A stretch of DNA of 64,000 nt from Nemertoderma westbladi. Taxonomy: Eukaryota; Animalia; Xenacoelomorpha. The DNA lies in the NCBI GenBank assembly GCA_032718475.1, contig JAUCBJ010006822.1, forward strand, positions 9,927-73,926, written 5' to 3'. Shown here one piece after another: positions 27,454 through 39,870 of the stretch. Both the position numbers and the translations under genes were made by a program. The number at the start of each line of letters is the position of its first letter. Positions within the stretch are counted from its first letter, which is position 1. The notes beneath the pieces are model-generated. The model ran no database searches, was not told the DNA's origin, and was given only the letters and a program-made list of their open reading frames with translations.

Positions 27454-28962
27454 TTAGGAACCGAGAGGTTCATTACTGTAAGAATTGCTCGAGACTGGCT
27501 GGCTGGCTGGCTGGCTGACTGACTGACTGACTAATCTACAGCCAAAACTACTCTAACGATTTTGATGAAATTTTCACAGCGGCTAGATACCGCGATTCTA
27601 AGGTCCCTGGTATGTTCCGCTATTTCGTCCATGAGCCGTGGGCTCGAAAAATAGACATAAACGAAAAAACGCCATAGGCGCAATGGTAAAATAACACCCA
27701 TGACAGCTGGTGTCGTGATGAAAAATGGCTTATGTAATGCATTTCTACAGAAGGCTTAGTAATAAATCGATGAGGTTGCCAAGATTATTATACTCAGTAC
27801 ACCCATACTGTTTGTATAGGCCACCACTCTCTGTCAAAGCAAACATTATGAACTGGTTGGTTTAGTTTGAAATCTAATATCGCCTCAGCTGAATTACTCT
27901 TCCCAATGCAATCTATGGTAATATCTCACTCTGCTAATGTAAGCTGAATGACTGTTACGTACACAGTGAGTTGGCTACATTAATGCCAACATTATTGCAA
28001 AATGTTTTATTGTTGGATTACTCTCTGTCAGTCACCCCTTCAGAACATTGTATAGGGAATTTACTTTAGTTTACTCTACTGTGCCATTCAGCTGAATGGA
28101 TTTGAGCGATTGCCAAGTTACAGAGTTGGATCATTCTCTGACCATAGGCAAAGACATCAAATCTTTTTAAAAATATACTTTTTCCATGTTTTTTTTCTGA
28201 CCAAAAATTTCAAAAAAAAATTTTTCGTAGCCAGTACTGCCAATCGATTCGCCATCAAAAATAACGCAAAAAATTTTTTTTGCAAAATTTTAAATTACTG
28301 TAAATTTTTGGCGACTGGGGGGGGGTCAATTTTTTTCGATCCGCTATAACTCCGGAACGCTTTGTCCAAATTCGATGGGGTTTTCATTTTTCAACTTAAT
28401 TAGATGTCCTCTTTCAGCCTATCCATGTTTCCAAACCCCAAACAGCGCCGTTCAAAAAATAATTTTTTCCAGTTCTAGAATTTTACAAATTTCAAAAAAG
28501 TTTCAGTATTTTATTAACGCCTTTACGGAATTCGATAGCGTTTTCGATTTTTATATTAAACGCAATATCCTGAATCTCACTAGCCTAGTTTCGCGTCACC
28601 AACGCCAAGACTTCATACTTTTTGAGGAAAATTTTTCTAGAATAATTTTTATTTAATTACATTTATCGCGATTTCTTATTACTGGTTGCACATGAATTGA
28701 TGGAGTTTTCAATTTATTAACTAAACACGATATCGCGCATCGCACCAGCGTGGTTTCGAAATTCCAAAACGAGGTCTTCACTAGTTGCAGGTCGATTTTG
28801 TTCTAGAATTGAGTAACTAATAATAGATCGAATTTATTAATAATTATTGTATGAAATATGATTGTATTTTTACATAATTATTAGTTCTATAATAATTCTC
28901 GTTGTCTCTTTTATTTGAAATAAAAAGTCGGTTCCTTATCGGGCCGCTAGGCCCGTCACTAG
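27454..28962 (+). mobile_element. Unit 19: family-1 ~1.5 kb HINE
   Basis: Family-1 ends. Confidence 0.85.
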
Positions 28963-29296
28963 TTAGCAAGTCGTAGGACTTGATTACTGTAAGAATTGTT
29001 GGCTGATTGACTGGCTGGCTGGCTGGCTGACTGGCTGGCTGGCTGGCTGGCTGATCTACAGCCAAAACTACTCTAACGATTTTGATGAAATTTTCACAGC
29101 GGCTAGATACCGCGATTCTAAGGTCCCTGGTATGTTCCGCTATTTCGTCCATGAGCCGTGGGCTCGAAAAATAGACATAAACGAAAAAACGCCATAGGCG
29201 CAATGGTAAAATAACACCAATGACAGCTTGTTGATGGAATTTACATTTGATTGATGACTTCCGACTTGCTTAACGGCGTCTTGACGCCGTCTCTAG
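28963..29296 (+). mobile_element. Unit 20: family-2 minimal HINE (334 bp)
   Basis: Family-2 ends. Confidence 0.85.
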
Positions 29297-30791
29297 TTAG
29301 GAACCGAGAGGTTCATTACTGTAAGAATTGTTGGCTGATTGATTGACTGGCTGGCTGACTGACTGATCTACAGCCAAAACTACTCTAACGATTTTGATGA
29401 AATTTTCACAGCATCTAGATACCGCGATTATAAGGTCCCTGGTATGTTCCGCTATTTCGTCCATGAGCCGTGGGCTCGAAAAATAGACATAAACGAAAAA
29501 ACGCCATAGGCGCAATGGTAAAATAACACCAATAACAGCTGGTGTCGTGCTGAAAAATGGCTTATGTAATGCATTTCTACAGAAGGCTTAGTAATAAATC
29601 GATGAGGTTGCCAAGATTATTATACTCAGTACACCCATACTGTTTGTATAGGCCACCACTCTCTGTCAAAGCAAACATTAACTGGTTGGTTTAGTTTGAA
29701 ATCTAATATCGCCTCAGCTGAATTACTCTTCCCAATGCAATCTATGGGAATATCTCACTCTGCTAATGTAAGCTGAATGACTGTTACGTACACAGTGAGT
29801 TGGCTACATTAATGCCAACATTATTGCAAAATGTTTTATTGTTGGATTACTCTCTGTCAGTCTCCCCTTCAGAACATTGTATAGGGAATTTACTTTAGTT
29901 TACTCTACTGTGCCATTCAGCTGAATGGATTTGAGCGATTGCCAAGTTACAGAGTTGGATCATTCTCTGACCATAGGCAAAGACATCAAATCTTTTTAAA
30001 AATATACTTTTTCCATGTTTTTTTTTCTGACCAAAAATTTCAAAAAAAATTTTTTCGTAGCCAGTACTGCCAATCGATTCGCCATCAAAAATAACGCAAA
30101 AAATTTTTTTTGCAAAATTTTAAATTACTGTAAATTTTTGGCGACTGGGGGGGGTCAATTTTTTTCGATCCGCTATAACTCCGGAACGCTTTGTCCAAAT
30201 TCGATGGGGTTTTCATTTTTCAACTTAATTCGATGTCCTCTTTCAGCCTATCCATGTTTCGAAACCCCAAACAGCGCCGTTCAAAAATTAATTTTTTCTA
30301 GTTCTAGAATTTTACAAATTTCAAAAAAGTTGCAGTATTTTATTAACGCCTTTACGGAATTCGATAGCGTTTTCGATTTTTATATTAAACGCAATATCCT
30401 GAATCTCACTAGCCTAGTTTCGCGTCACCAATGCCAAGACTTCATACTTTTTGAGGAAAATTTTTCTAGAATAATTTTTATTTAATTACATTTATCGCGA
30501 TTTCTTATTACTGGTTGCACATGAATTGATGGAGTTTTCAATTTATTAACTAAACACGATATCGCGCATCGCACCAGCGTGGTTTCGAAATTCCAAAACG
30601 AGGTCTTCACTAGTTGCAGGTCGATTTTGTTCTAGAATTGAGCAACTAATAATAGATCGAATTTATTAATAATTATTGTATGAAATATGATTGTATTTTT
30701 ACATAATTATTAGTTCTATACTAATTCTCGTTGTCTCTTTTATTTAAAATAAAAAGTCGGTTCCTTATCGGGCCGCTAGGCCCGTCACTAG
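29297..30791 (+). mobile_element. Unit 21: family-1 ~1.5 kb HINE
   Basis: Family-1 ends. Confidence 0.85.
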
Positions 30792-32297
30792 TTAGGAACC
30801 GAGAGGTTCATTACTGTAAGAATTGCTCGAGACTGGCTGGCTGGCTGGCTGACTGACTGACTGACTGATCTACAGCCAAAACTACTCTAACGATTTTGAT
30901 GAAATTTTCACAGCGGCTAGATACCGCGATTCTAAGGTGCCTGGTATGTTCCGCTATTTTGTCCATGAGCCGTGGGCTCGAAAAATAGACATAAACGAAA
31001 AAACGCCATAGGCGCAATGGTAAAATAACACCAATAACAGCTGGTGTCGTGATGAAAAATGGCTTATGTAATGCATTTCTACAGAAGGCTTAGTAATAAA
31101 TCGATGAGGTTGCCAAGATTATTATACTCAGTACACCCATACTGTTTGTATAGGCCACCACTCTCTGTCAAAGCAAACATTATTAACTGGTTGGTTTAGT
31201 TTGAAATCTAATATCGCCTCAGCTGAATTACTCTTCCCAATGCCATCTATGGGAATATCTCACTCTGCTAATGTAAGCTGAATGACTGTTACGTACACAG
31301 TGAGTTGGCTACATTAATGCCAACATTATTGCAAAATGTTTTATTGTTGGATTACTCTCTGTCAGTCATCCCCTTCAGAACATTGTATAGGGAGTTTACT
31401 TTAGTTTACTCTACTGTGCCATTCAGCTGAATGGATTTGAGCGATTGCCAAGTTACAGAGTTGGATCATTCTCTGACCATAGGCAAAGACATCAAATCTT
31501 TTTAAAAATATACTTTTTCCATGTTTTTTTTTCTGACCAAAAATTTCAAAAAAAAATTTTTCGTAGCCAGTACTGCCAATCGATTCGCCATCAAAAATAA
31601 CGCAAAAAATTTTTTTTGCAAAATTTTAAATTACTGTAAATTTTTGGCGACTGGGGGGGGTCAATTTTTTTCGATCCGCTATAACTCCGGAACGCTTTGT
31701 CCAAATTCGATGGGGTTTTCATTTTTCAACTTAATTCGATGTCCTCTTTCAGCCTATCCATGTTTCGAAACCCCAAACAGCGCCGTTCAAAAATTAATTT
31801 TTTCTAGTTCTAGAATTTTACAAATTTCAAAAAAGTTGCAGTATTTTATTAACGCCTTTACGGAATTCGATAGCGCTTTCGATTTTTATATTAAACGCAA
31901 TATCCTGAATCTCACTAGCCTAGTTTCGCGTCACCAATGCCAAGACTTCATACTTTTTGAGGAAAATTTTTCTAGAATAATTTTTATTGAATTACATTTA
32001 TCGCGATTTCTTATTACTGGTTGCACATGAATTGATGGAGTTATCAATTTATTAACTAAACAGGATATCGCGCATCGCACCAGCGTGGTTTCGAAATTCC
32101 AAAACGAGGTCTTCACTAGTTGCAGGTCGATTTTGTTCTAGAATTGAGCAACTAATAATAGATCGAATTTATTAATAATTATTGTATGAAATATGATTGT
32201 ATTTTTACATAATTATTAGTTCTATACTAATTCTCGTTGTCTCTTTTATTTAAAATAAAAAGTCGGTTCCTTATCGGGCCGCTAGGCCCGTCACTAG
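30792..32297 (+). mobile_element. Unit 22: family-1 ~1.5 kb HINE
   Basis: Family-1 ends. Confidence 0.85.
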
Positions 32298-33272
32298 TTA
32301 GGAACCGAGAGGTTCATTACTGTAAGAATTGCTTGTGGCTGACTGACTGACTGACTGACTGATCTACAGCCAAAACTACTCTAACGATTTTGATGAAATT
32401 TTCACAGCGGCTAGATACCGCGATTCTAAGGTCCCTGGTATGTTCCGCTATTTCGTCCATGAGCCGTGGGCTCGAAAAATAGATATAAACGAAAAAACGC
32501 CATAGGCGCAATGGTAAAATAACACCAATAACAGCTGGTGTCCTGGTGAAAAATGGCTTATGTAATGCATTTCTACACAAGGCTTAGTAATAAATCGATG
32601 AGGTTGCCAAGATTATTATACTCAGTACACCCATACTGTTTGTATAGGCCACCACTCTCTGTCAAAGCAAATATTAACTGGTTGGTTTAGTTTGAAATCT
32701 AATATCGCCTCAGCTGAATTACTCTTCCCAATGCATTGTATGGGAATATCTCATCTGCTAATGTAAGCTGAATGACTTAGGTACACAGTGTGTTGGCTAC
32801 ATTAATGCCAACATTATTGCAAAATGTTTTATTGTTTGATTACTCTCTGTCAGTCTCCCCTTCAGAACATTCTATAGGGAATTTACTTTAGTTTACTCTA
32901 CTGTGCCATTCAGCTGAATGGATTTGAGCGATTGCCAAGTTACAGAGTTGGATCATTCTCTGACCATAGGCAAAGACAAATCTTTTTAAAAATATACTTT
33001 TTCCATGTTTTTTTTTCTGACCAAAAATTTCAAAAAGAAATTTTTCGTAGCCAGTACTGCCAATCGATTCGCCATCAAAAATAACGCAAAAAATTTTTTT
33101 TGCAAAATTTTAAATTACTGTAAATTTTTGGCGACTGGGGGGGGTCAATTTTTTTCGATCCGCAATAACTCCGGAACGCTTTGTCCATTATTAGTTCTAT
33201 ACTAATTCTCGTTGTCTCTTTTATTTAAAATAAAAAGTCGGTTCCTTATCGGGCCGCTAGGCCCGTCACTAG
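32298..33272 (+). mobile_element. Unit 23: family-1 HINE with ~0.5 kb internal deletion
   Basis: Family-1 ends; deletion junction CTTTGTCCA|TTATTAGTTC near 33187. Confidence 0.83.
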
Positions 33273-34593
33273 TTAGCAAGTCGTTAGACTTGATTACTGT
33301 AAGAAAAAAAAGCTACTGGCTACTGGCTACTGACCTAGAGCAAAAACGGCTCTAACGATTTTGATGAAATTTTGCATGGACCATGAAAATGGATTTCTAA
33401 GGGTACTTGTGAAATCGCGGTTTAAATTGAAACATCTCAACTTGTTTTATTTCGAAAAATAGCCCCAAAACACTAAAATTGCCATAGGCGCAATGATAAA
33501 ACACCAGCTGGCACTCATGAAAAATGTATAGAGATGGCCTGGTAATGCATTCAATAGTAAGGGCAACTAACAAAGAAGTACTTTCTCTGCCAAGTTTTAT
33601 TATCACTCTACTATACAACCCAGACCGACAGTAAGCAAACATTAACTCATTTAGCTATGGCTATTACAAACTCAGCTGAATAACTCTTCCCAATGCATCC
33701 TTGCTATGTTAATTAATTGGCGTGCAAGCTAAATGACTGTTAGTTAAACAGTGTGTTGGCTACACAGTGTATTGTACTATGCTCTCATCGCATTATTGTT
33801 TTATTTTGAAATGTTTGTGCCAACATTAATACTGTGGAGGCTGTATGCTTATAAGGCTGAATATTTACTCAGCCTCAAAATGATTCTCCATAAGGCTAAC
33901 ATTATTGTTTGAAATATAAAAATATGATATGCAAATTGTATGTATTTAATTCCAAACATATGGAGTAAAATGAACAACATGGTTATTAAAAGTTTTACAA
34001 AATAAATAAAATAATATATAAAATATTGTGCTATTAAAACGTTTTATTTGGTTGTGGGGGGGGGGGGGGGTCATTGGTTTAGGGGTAAATATGTTATAAT
34101 AATAATATAATAGTTATATTTAATTAATATCGTGGTTTACATTGAACAGTGTAAATTGTTAATCGCGGTTTACATTGAAACATCTCAACTTGTTTTATTT
34201 ATTACAAAAATAAGAACGAATTTGTCTTATCACTTCTTGTGCGCGATTGTATTGAATTCATGATTTGGATTTGGATTTGGATTCATGGATTCTGCTGTTA
34301 TTGTTATTAATTAATTGATACCTCGACTCCTCTCTGAGACTCCGACTACTCTATCCGATAGAATAAAATAATCATTTCGCTAACTGCTCTCTATCTTCTA
34401 TAATCACAACAGCTTTTATAATTCATTAGATGATTACAACATAATAATTATAGTTTGAAGTTGTCTAGGAAAATTTTCGTACACCACCGGGACTACCCTC
34501 ACACTGATTGATTATCAGACAGAACAAAAAGCGTTTACTTGATTCGTACTGTCTCCTACGACTTGCTTCACGGGCCGCTAGGCCCGTCTCTAG
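33273..34593 (+). mobile_element. Unit 24: diverged terminal HINE with family-2 subTIRs and a family-1 3' hairpin
   Basis: 5' TTAGCAAGTCG; 3' CGACTTGCTT-CACGGGCCGCTAGGCCCGT-CTCTAG|T; diverged core with (GCTACTG)3. Confidence 0.8.
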
Positions 34594-34759
34594 TCTACCT
34601 AGTAAAGTTGTCCTTGATTATATCATGCAACATGATTCTCGTTAAATCAATCAAGCCATTAATTAGTTCAACAACAGGCGACCAATGCGGGAAACTATCA
34701 GTGTCCAAAACAACCTTTATACATAATTAATCTTCCATGTTTGCTTAATGTTTAATGGG

Positions 34760-35110
34760 TGCTTAATGTTAAAAAATATTGATTTATTCGGATTAAATGT
34801 GATATCAACTTCTAAACCATAATCTTGTTAAATGTTAACCAAAACACGAAGACCAAAAATACTGGGAGAAATTAAACAAAGATCATCAGAATAACATAAT
34901 GATAACCAGATCATCACTTTGTTAAGCCATCGTGTCCTACTTAACTCATTTACATAAATATTGTATAATAACGAAGAACAAGAAATGATACTTCCTCCTT
35001 GTTTTATTCCGTTCAGGACCTTAAAACTAGATGAAGTTGCATTTACCCAACTAACTGTAACTGACTGTTTACTATACCAATAAGCTAAGATACTAACAAT
35101 ATACACGGAT
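34760..35110 (-). pseudogene. Decayed non-LTR retrotransposon RT fragment
   Basis: FKVLNGIKQGGS..LLYNIYVNEL and CYSDDLCLISPS (RT QG and YxDD motifs) in ORF 34828-35106. Confidence 0.75.
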
Positions 35111-35208
35111 ATATGCGGAAGCCCACAACTGTCAAGGACAAAACATTAATAAATCTAGGAAACAATTAAATAAATTTTATAGAAAGCTATAGAAAGCATG
35201 CACTCAAT

Positions 35209-35270
35209 ACAGGGGCGTAGGCAGGGGGTGGATACTGGTTATGCATCCACCCCCCCGAAAATTTGAAACT
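35209..35270 (+). mobile_element. Possible solo terminus of a DNA transposon/MITE (hAT-like CAGGGGCGTAG...)
   Basis: CAGGGGCGTAGGCAGGGGGTGGAT...ATCCACCCCCCC GC-rich hairpin in AT-rich DNA; no partner TIR seen. Confidence 0.3.
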
Positions 35271-36469
35271 TAGGCTAAGTACTGAAGTAAACTGATATAT
35301 AGTCATTCTCATTAGTGTCTCGCTCATCATACCAAATTTTGTAGGATTGATTGAAAAATATTGAAATTAAAAAATACAGTAGGTGTAGGAGGAGGAGGTG
35401 CCCCAAATTGGAATTGATAAAAGGTTTAATAAGGGTGATGTTGTAAGACAGTGTTTAAGTGTAAGGTAAATTTCACCTTATAATCGCTGAAACGGTTAAA
35501 TAATGGGGAAACGGTGTCATACACAACTACACAAATATAGCTGCATCAGCCCATCTGCCATAGTAATTCAGTAGTATCAGATTACAGTATTAGAAACCCT
35601 ACATCTTACATAGTCATCAATAACAAATAAAGTTTATAGAGTTAAAGACAGTAATCTAAATATGACCTTGGGTACAGCTGAAACTATTATCAACATGCTT
35701 TTGATAAATCCTTCTGCTTTTCTCTTAAAGTCAAAATGCACAGTGGTTCGCAATGACTTTGCATGTGCATTATTGGATGCAAGAGAAATTTAAATTATTA
35801 GATGTAAAGCTGATTATAATCGCCTTTATGTTCAAGAAAGTTGAGCTAAGAAGTTAAACGCGACAATGCTAAAGTTTCTCAAGTACATTGGTGTAAAAAA
35901 GGAAGTGATACTCTTTTAGTCTTAGATCGTGTTTCAACTGGGATTGGGGGTAAAACTTATGAAAAACGTTTAATCTAACGTTTACTTACATATGAGTTCT
36001 TGTGGGAATACTGATCAATGCTAAAATGGGGCAGGTAGGGGAAATAATAATTACTCAATACAAATTATAATGACCAATATCATAACAATACATACACTGC
36101 CTATTTAATACTTTCTATTATCTGGATCCATTTAATTGTAGGAATAATGAGATACTTCCCACATAATAGTAATAAGGATTGATGATCATGAATACTGATT
36201 GATGATCATAATTTTGATACCAATTTTTATCATTTCCAAGGAGCTGTGGTGCAAGATGAAAGTGTATAATAGTGCATTCATTGCCTGACAATGTAAAATG
36301 TTGATGTTTTAGATAATTAAAATGAAATGAGAAACAGAATGAGCTGAGGAGTTGCAAACTAAGTATTATTAATTATTAGTATATATAATTATTAGTGCAT
36401 ATTGTTATATTATTCTGTAAATGAGATAATAACCGATGTCAGTATGGTTGGTATTTCTATTATAATATT

Positions 36470-37011
36470 ATACTTTCTTTTTTAACGGCATTAAAAATTG
36501 TTAACGGCATTAAAAATTATTTCTATTATTACTATTATACTTTCTTTTTTAATGGCATTAAAAATTTGAACGCTCTGCCTAATGAAATTAAAAACCTAGA
36601 TAATCAACATTCTTTTAAATCTGCATTTAAATCTCACCTCCGTGTGTAATGTAAAAATAGGTACAATAGTCCTACAGTAAGTTATTAGTTTATTAATTAT
36701 TTACTATTTATACTGGAATTACGTTTTATAATAAATTGTTCTGTACATTACATCTTTATCGTTGAGTCGGGCATTGTCACGCTCTCGGTAAAGTTGTACA
36801 TGTACATAGTGTAATTACGTTTTATATTGGTTTTAGGTTAGCGTAGTGTAATATTGTATTTGTAACCAAGTAACATAAAGGACCCCCTTGGAAATAAGCT
36901 GCAAAGCTTTAGGGGTAATCCTATATGTTATGTTGGACAATACCTGTACATTGTTTGGTGTATTTGTTATTGTTTTTACATAATGTATAAATAAATCTAT
37001 CTATCTATCTA
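36470..37011 (+). mobile_element. 5'-truncated CR1/L2-group LINE 3' end
   Basis: Decayed ORF2 C-terminus (..NALPNEIKNLDNQHSFKSAFKSHL), 3' UTR stem (GGACCCCCTTGGAAATAAG...GGGGTAATCC), AATAAA and (TCTA)n tail. Confidence 0.7.
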
Positions 37012-38549
37012 TTGGTTCCCTTGAAAATGACATTGTTAATGATACTGGAAACGAGTGCTGTCAAAATTATTCTAATAAAAATAATCTTTATACTTATTTT
37101 TTTCTTCTTATTTTTTTTTTATACTTCTATAAAAGCCACAAATGATTAGTCACTGTTTTTTCCTTAGTTTACTGGTGTCTGTTGCCATTCTATTGCCCCA
37201 CTGGTATTAAAGAACGCTCTAAACGTTCTTGATTTGCCTCATTCTTATCGGATGCTTTTATGATGATGGTGGTAAATAAACTTTGATATGATATATTTTC
37301 AACCTCTGGTCGCCAATTACTATCAACTATTTGGCCATCGTCATCCTAAAGTTTTTTGGGATATAAGATGGCTATATAGTGCAGCCTTAACTATAGCAAC
37401 CACGGAGGTTGGTTGTGCTTCAATTTTATTAAGAAAATATCTATGCCCACAAGATTCTGAAACAATTTTCTGAAATGCTGCATTCTCGAGTCAGATGGTA
37501 GGTAATTGGAGATCTTATTTTCTAACATTTCATAACTGTATGGAAGCATAATATTTGCACGTAACCCGAAAGCTTGTATGCTACTAACAAGTCATGGAGA
37601 AATCAGATTACTTCCTGCTAATATCAAACTTTTGACTGAAACTTGTTGAGGAAAAACTTTCCCCATCACTGTAATATCCATAACATCCTATGTTAACAAA
37701 TATTAATTTATGATTTGCATCAGTAATAAGTACAATAAAATAGAAAACCTTGATGATTGTAATATAAAGACCCACTTTAGGATTGTGCCCTTATGCAACA
37801 TGTTTCCCATCATGAGTGCCTATACAGTTGGGAAACTGCCACAACCCCTAAAAATTACCGGTGATGATGCCCTAAAAATTATCATTGGCTTGTGATGGCT
37901 GTTAAGGCCTATAGAAACCTGTATATTAATTAAATCGATATACCCTCCCATTAAATGAAGATTGCATTGATTTTTTTTTAAAACCATGGTGGCCCAATAT
38001 GTTATATATATTAAACCATTGTGGGAATTCTTGAGCCATCACAAAAAGCCCGTCATAAACACCATCCTAATTTGTTATATTGATAATTTGTGGCTGCAAT
38101 AACTACAGTTGGTGGTTACTTGGTTCAATAAAACGTTTTTAAAAGGTGCCTACCAAGGTGGGGATACTGGGGCTTCTTTCATTATATGCCAGTTTATTAT
38201 TGCACATAATCAATCATTTTAAATTATAGGCCTATACCGAATAACATAGGGCTAAACATTGGTAAGGATCAATTTTCACATTACAAGAGATGGCAATTCA
38301 AATTTTAGTTAAATCTACAGTTAACAATTACAGTATTGAAATTACAAGAAAATTCACAGGAAAAATAACAAACAGACAAAATCAAATCTGGATTACTCGG
38401 TTCTAGTGATGCATACCTGCATCTATCATTACTGTCAATGAGTGGATGTGGAAACAGTTATCCCTGCTTCTTCAACCTCCGTGTTAGCTACACAAGTATG
38501 ATTGATATTGGAATCTTCTCCTTCCCTCACGTAGTGGTTCTAGCCACTG

Positions 38550-39870
38550 CCTCTTTGCTATGACACCAGCTTATATAGACTGGCCTGTCACAATATTAAC
38601 CTTTTTGCCCTGGTTTCGAGTATTAACATCGGCTTGCATTCTCGCAGTAACATTCTTTAATAATGCAAATAGGGCATCATCGACTTCATCTAGTCCCAGC
38701 CGAAGTTGATCAATGGGCTTCAGATGGTAGCATTGATATAATCTTATCCCTCTGGAAAGGATAGAGTCCTGTTTTTGCGAATCCAGATTCAAAATTTTTA
38801 TTTTGTGTTGATGACTAATCCGGTTTGCTCTCCATCACACCAGCCAGTAACCTATACCATAATGCTGGAAATGTATTCTAAGGTGAATTCACTTTGGGAT
38901 ATTTCAGGTTTGCATAAACCAGTCCACAAAACCGTCACCTTTGAACCACCCGGATTTAGATCATGAATAATGAGTCCCTTGTGGGCCACCAAGGGTCCAT
39001 GTCCATGATGAGTATACTGATTGGCACTTATCATTATACTGATATTTGCTTTGGTATGGTCGATAACCCATTCTGGATATTTTCTACCCCTCTTCATCAA
39101 CACCTTTTTTGACCTGGGATATCACTGACATCAGATAAATTAGGCTTGTCGTAATTGTATATACACAGTCTGGTGATACCACTGCAACTTACTTTTCATG
39201 AGTTAACGAGTTGAAGAACTCATAACTGTATCCAATTGTGTACTTGAACTCAATATTTTAATGTTGCCAGCAAATCTAGTGGTTAGACAATTGTGGAGCC
39301 CAAGGAATGGAGACACACATTTGTGGCTTAGATGGTTAGGTTATCTTTAAAAGCTTAAAGACAACACCTTTTTGGTCCAGGATATTTTTTTACTAAGATT
39401 TGAAGATCAAATCCATTGATTAGAGTGCCGGTATTGTAGGTGGTGAACTGGAGAACGTGCTGAATGGGGTAAATTTTGAGCTAATTTTCATCCAATGAAG
39501 AAAATTGTTCATTTAATGTGGTTGCTATTTTGATGGGGTCCGCGGTTGTTGTTTCTTTACTGCCAGATGCAAATGTTGAATTTAAATTTAGTAGGGAAAG
39601 AAGTTTTTTGTGCTTTGTTATTACTTAATTAATAATGCACGAAGTTTTTGCAATTACCCTTAGTATCCTCAAATTTCTTACAATCATTTTTTTTCATGTA
39701 TACCAAAGCACTGTGCCAAGTTTCTTCCGATGTTCTTTGTAGGTTTATTCATTCTGAACGGTAGGGTGGTAGGTGCCTTCACATATTTAATGAAAAGTGA
39801 TTTAAGTTTTAAATAAAATTTTTAAAATTTGTGCAAGTGATTTTAATAAGCCTTCTGTTGTCCATGGTTT
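38550..39870 (-). pseudogene. Decayed pogo/Tigger-like (DDE_1) transposase
   Basis: Fragments YNYDKPNLSD...PGQKKVLMKRGRKYPEWVIDHTKANISIM resemble the N-x-D-E-T region of pogo-type transposases; many disruptions; boundaries approximate. Confidence 0.5.

Larger units (their letters stand above)
1..34593 (+). mobile_element. Head-to-tail array of non-autonomous Helentron-type (HINE/DINE-1/Pearl-like) elements: 24 direct units plus 2 nested inverted units; extends beyond window start
   Basis: Each unit has 5' TT + subterminal IR folded into a small hairpin, a (GCTG/ACTG)n microsatellite, a conserved core (AAAACTACTCTAACGATTTTGATGAAATTTT), variable cargo, the 3' subTIR, a GC-rich hairpin and CTAG. 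This matches the established Helentron/HINE layout. No Rep/helicase ORF is present. Confidence 0.85.

Noticed and set aside
485-33205. Recurrent short ORFs (MRLWRFFVY..., MGFSFFNL..., MFFFL...)
   Set aside because: They recur only because the DNA is repeated; starts, stops and frames vary with homopolymer and microsatellite length, and no domain motifs are present
1-34593. CRISPR array or true integron
   Set aside because: Eukaryotic TE context; units are 0.3-2.2 kb and mutually homologous; no cas or tyrosine integrase gene. The integron comparison is only an analogy
1-34593. Canonical Helitron (5' TC, A|T target) or autonomous element
   Set aside because: Ends have subterminal inverted repeats and 5' TT as in Helentrons; no Rep or helicase ORF in the window
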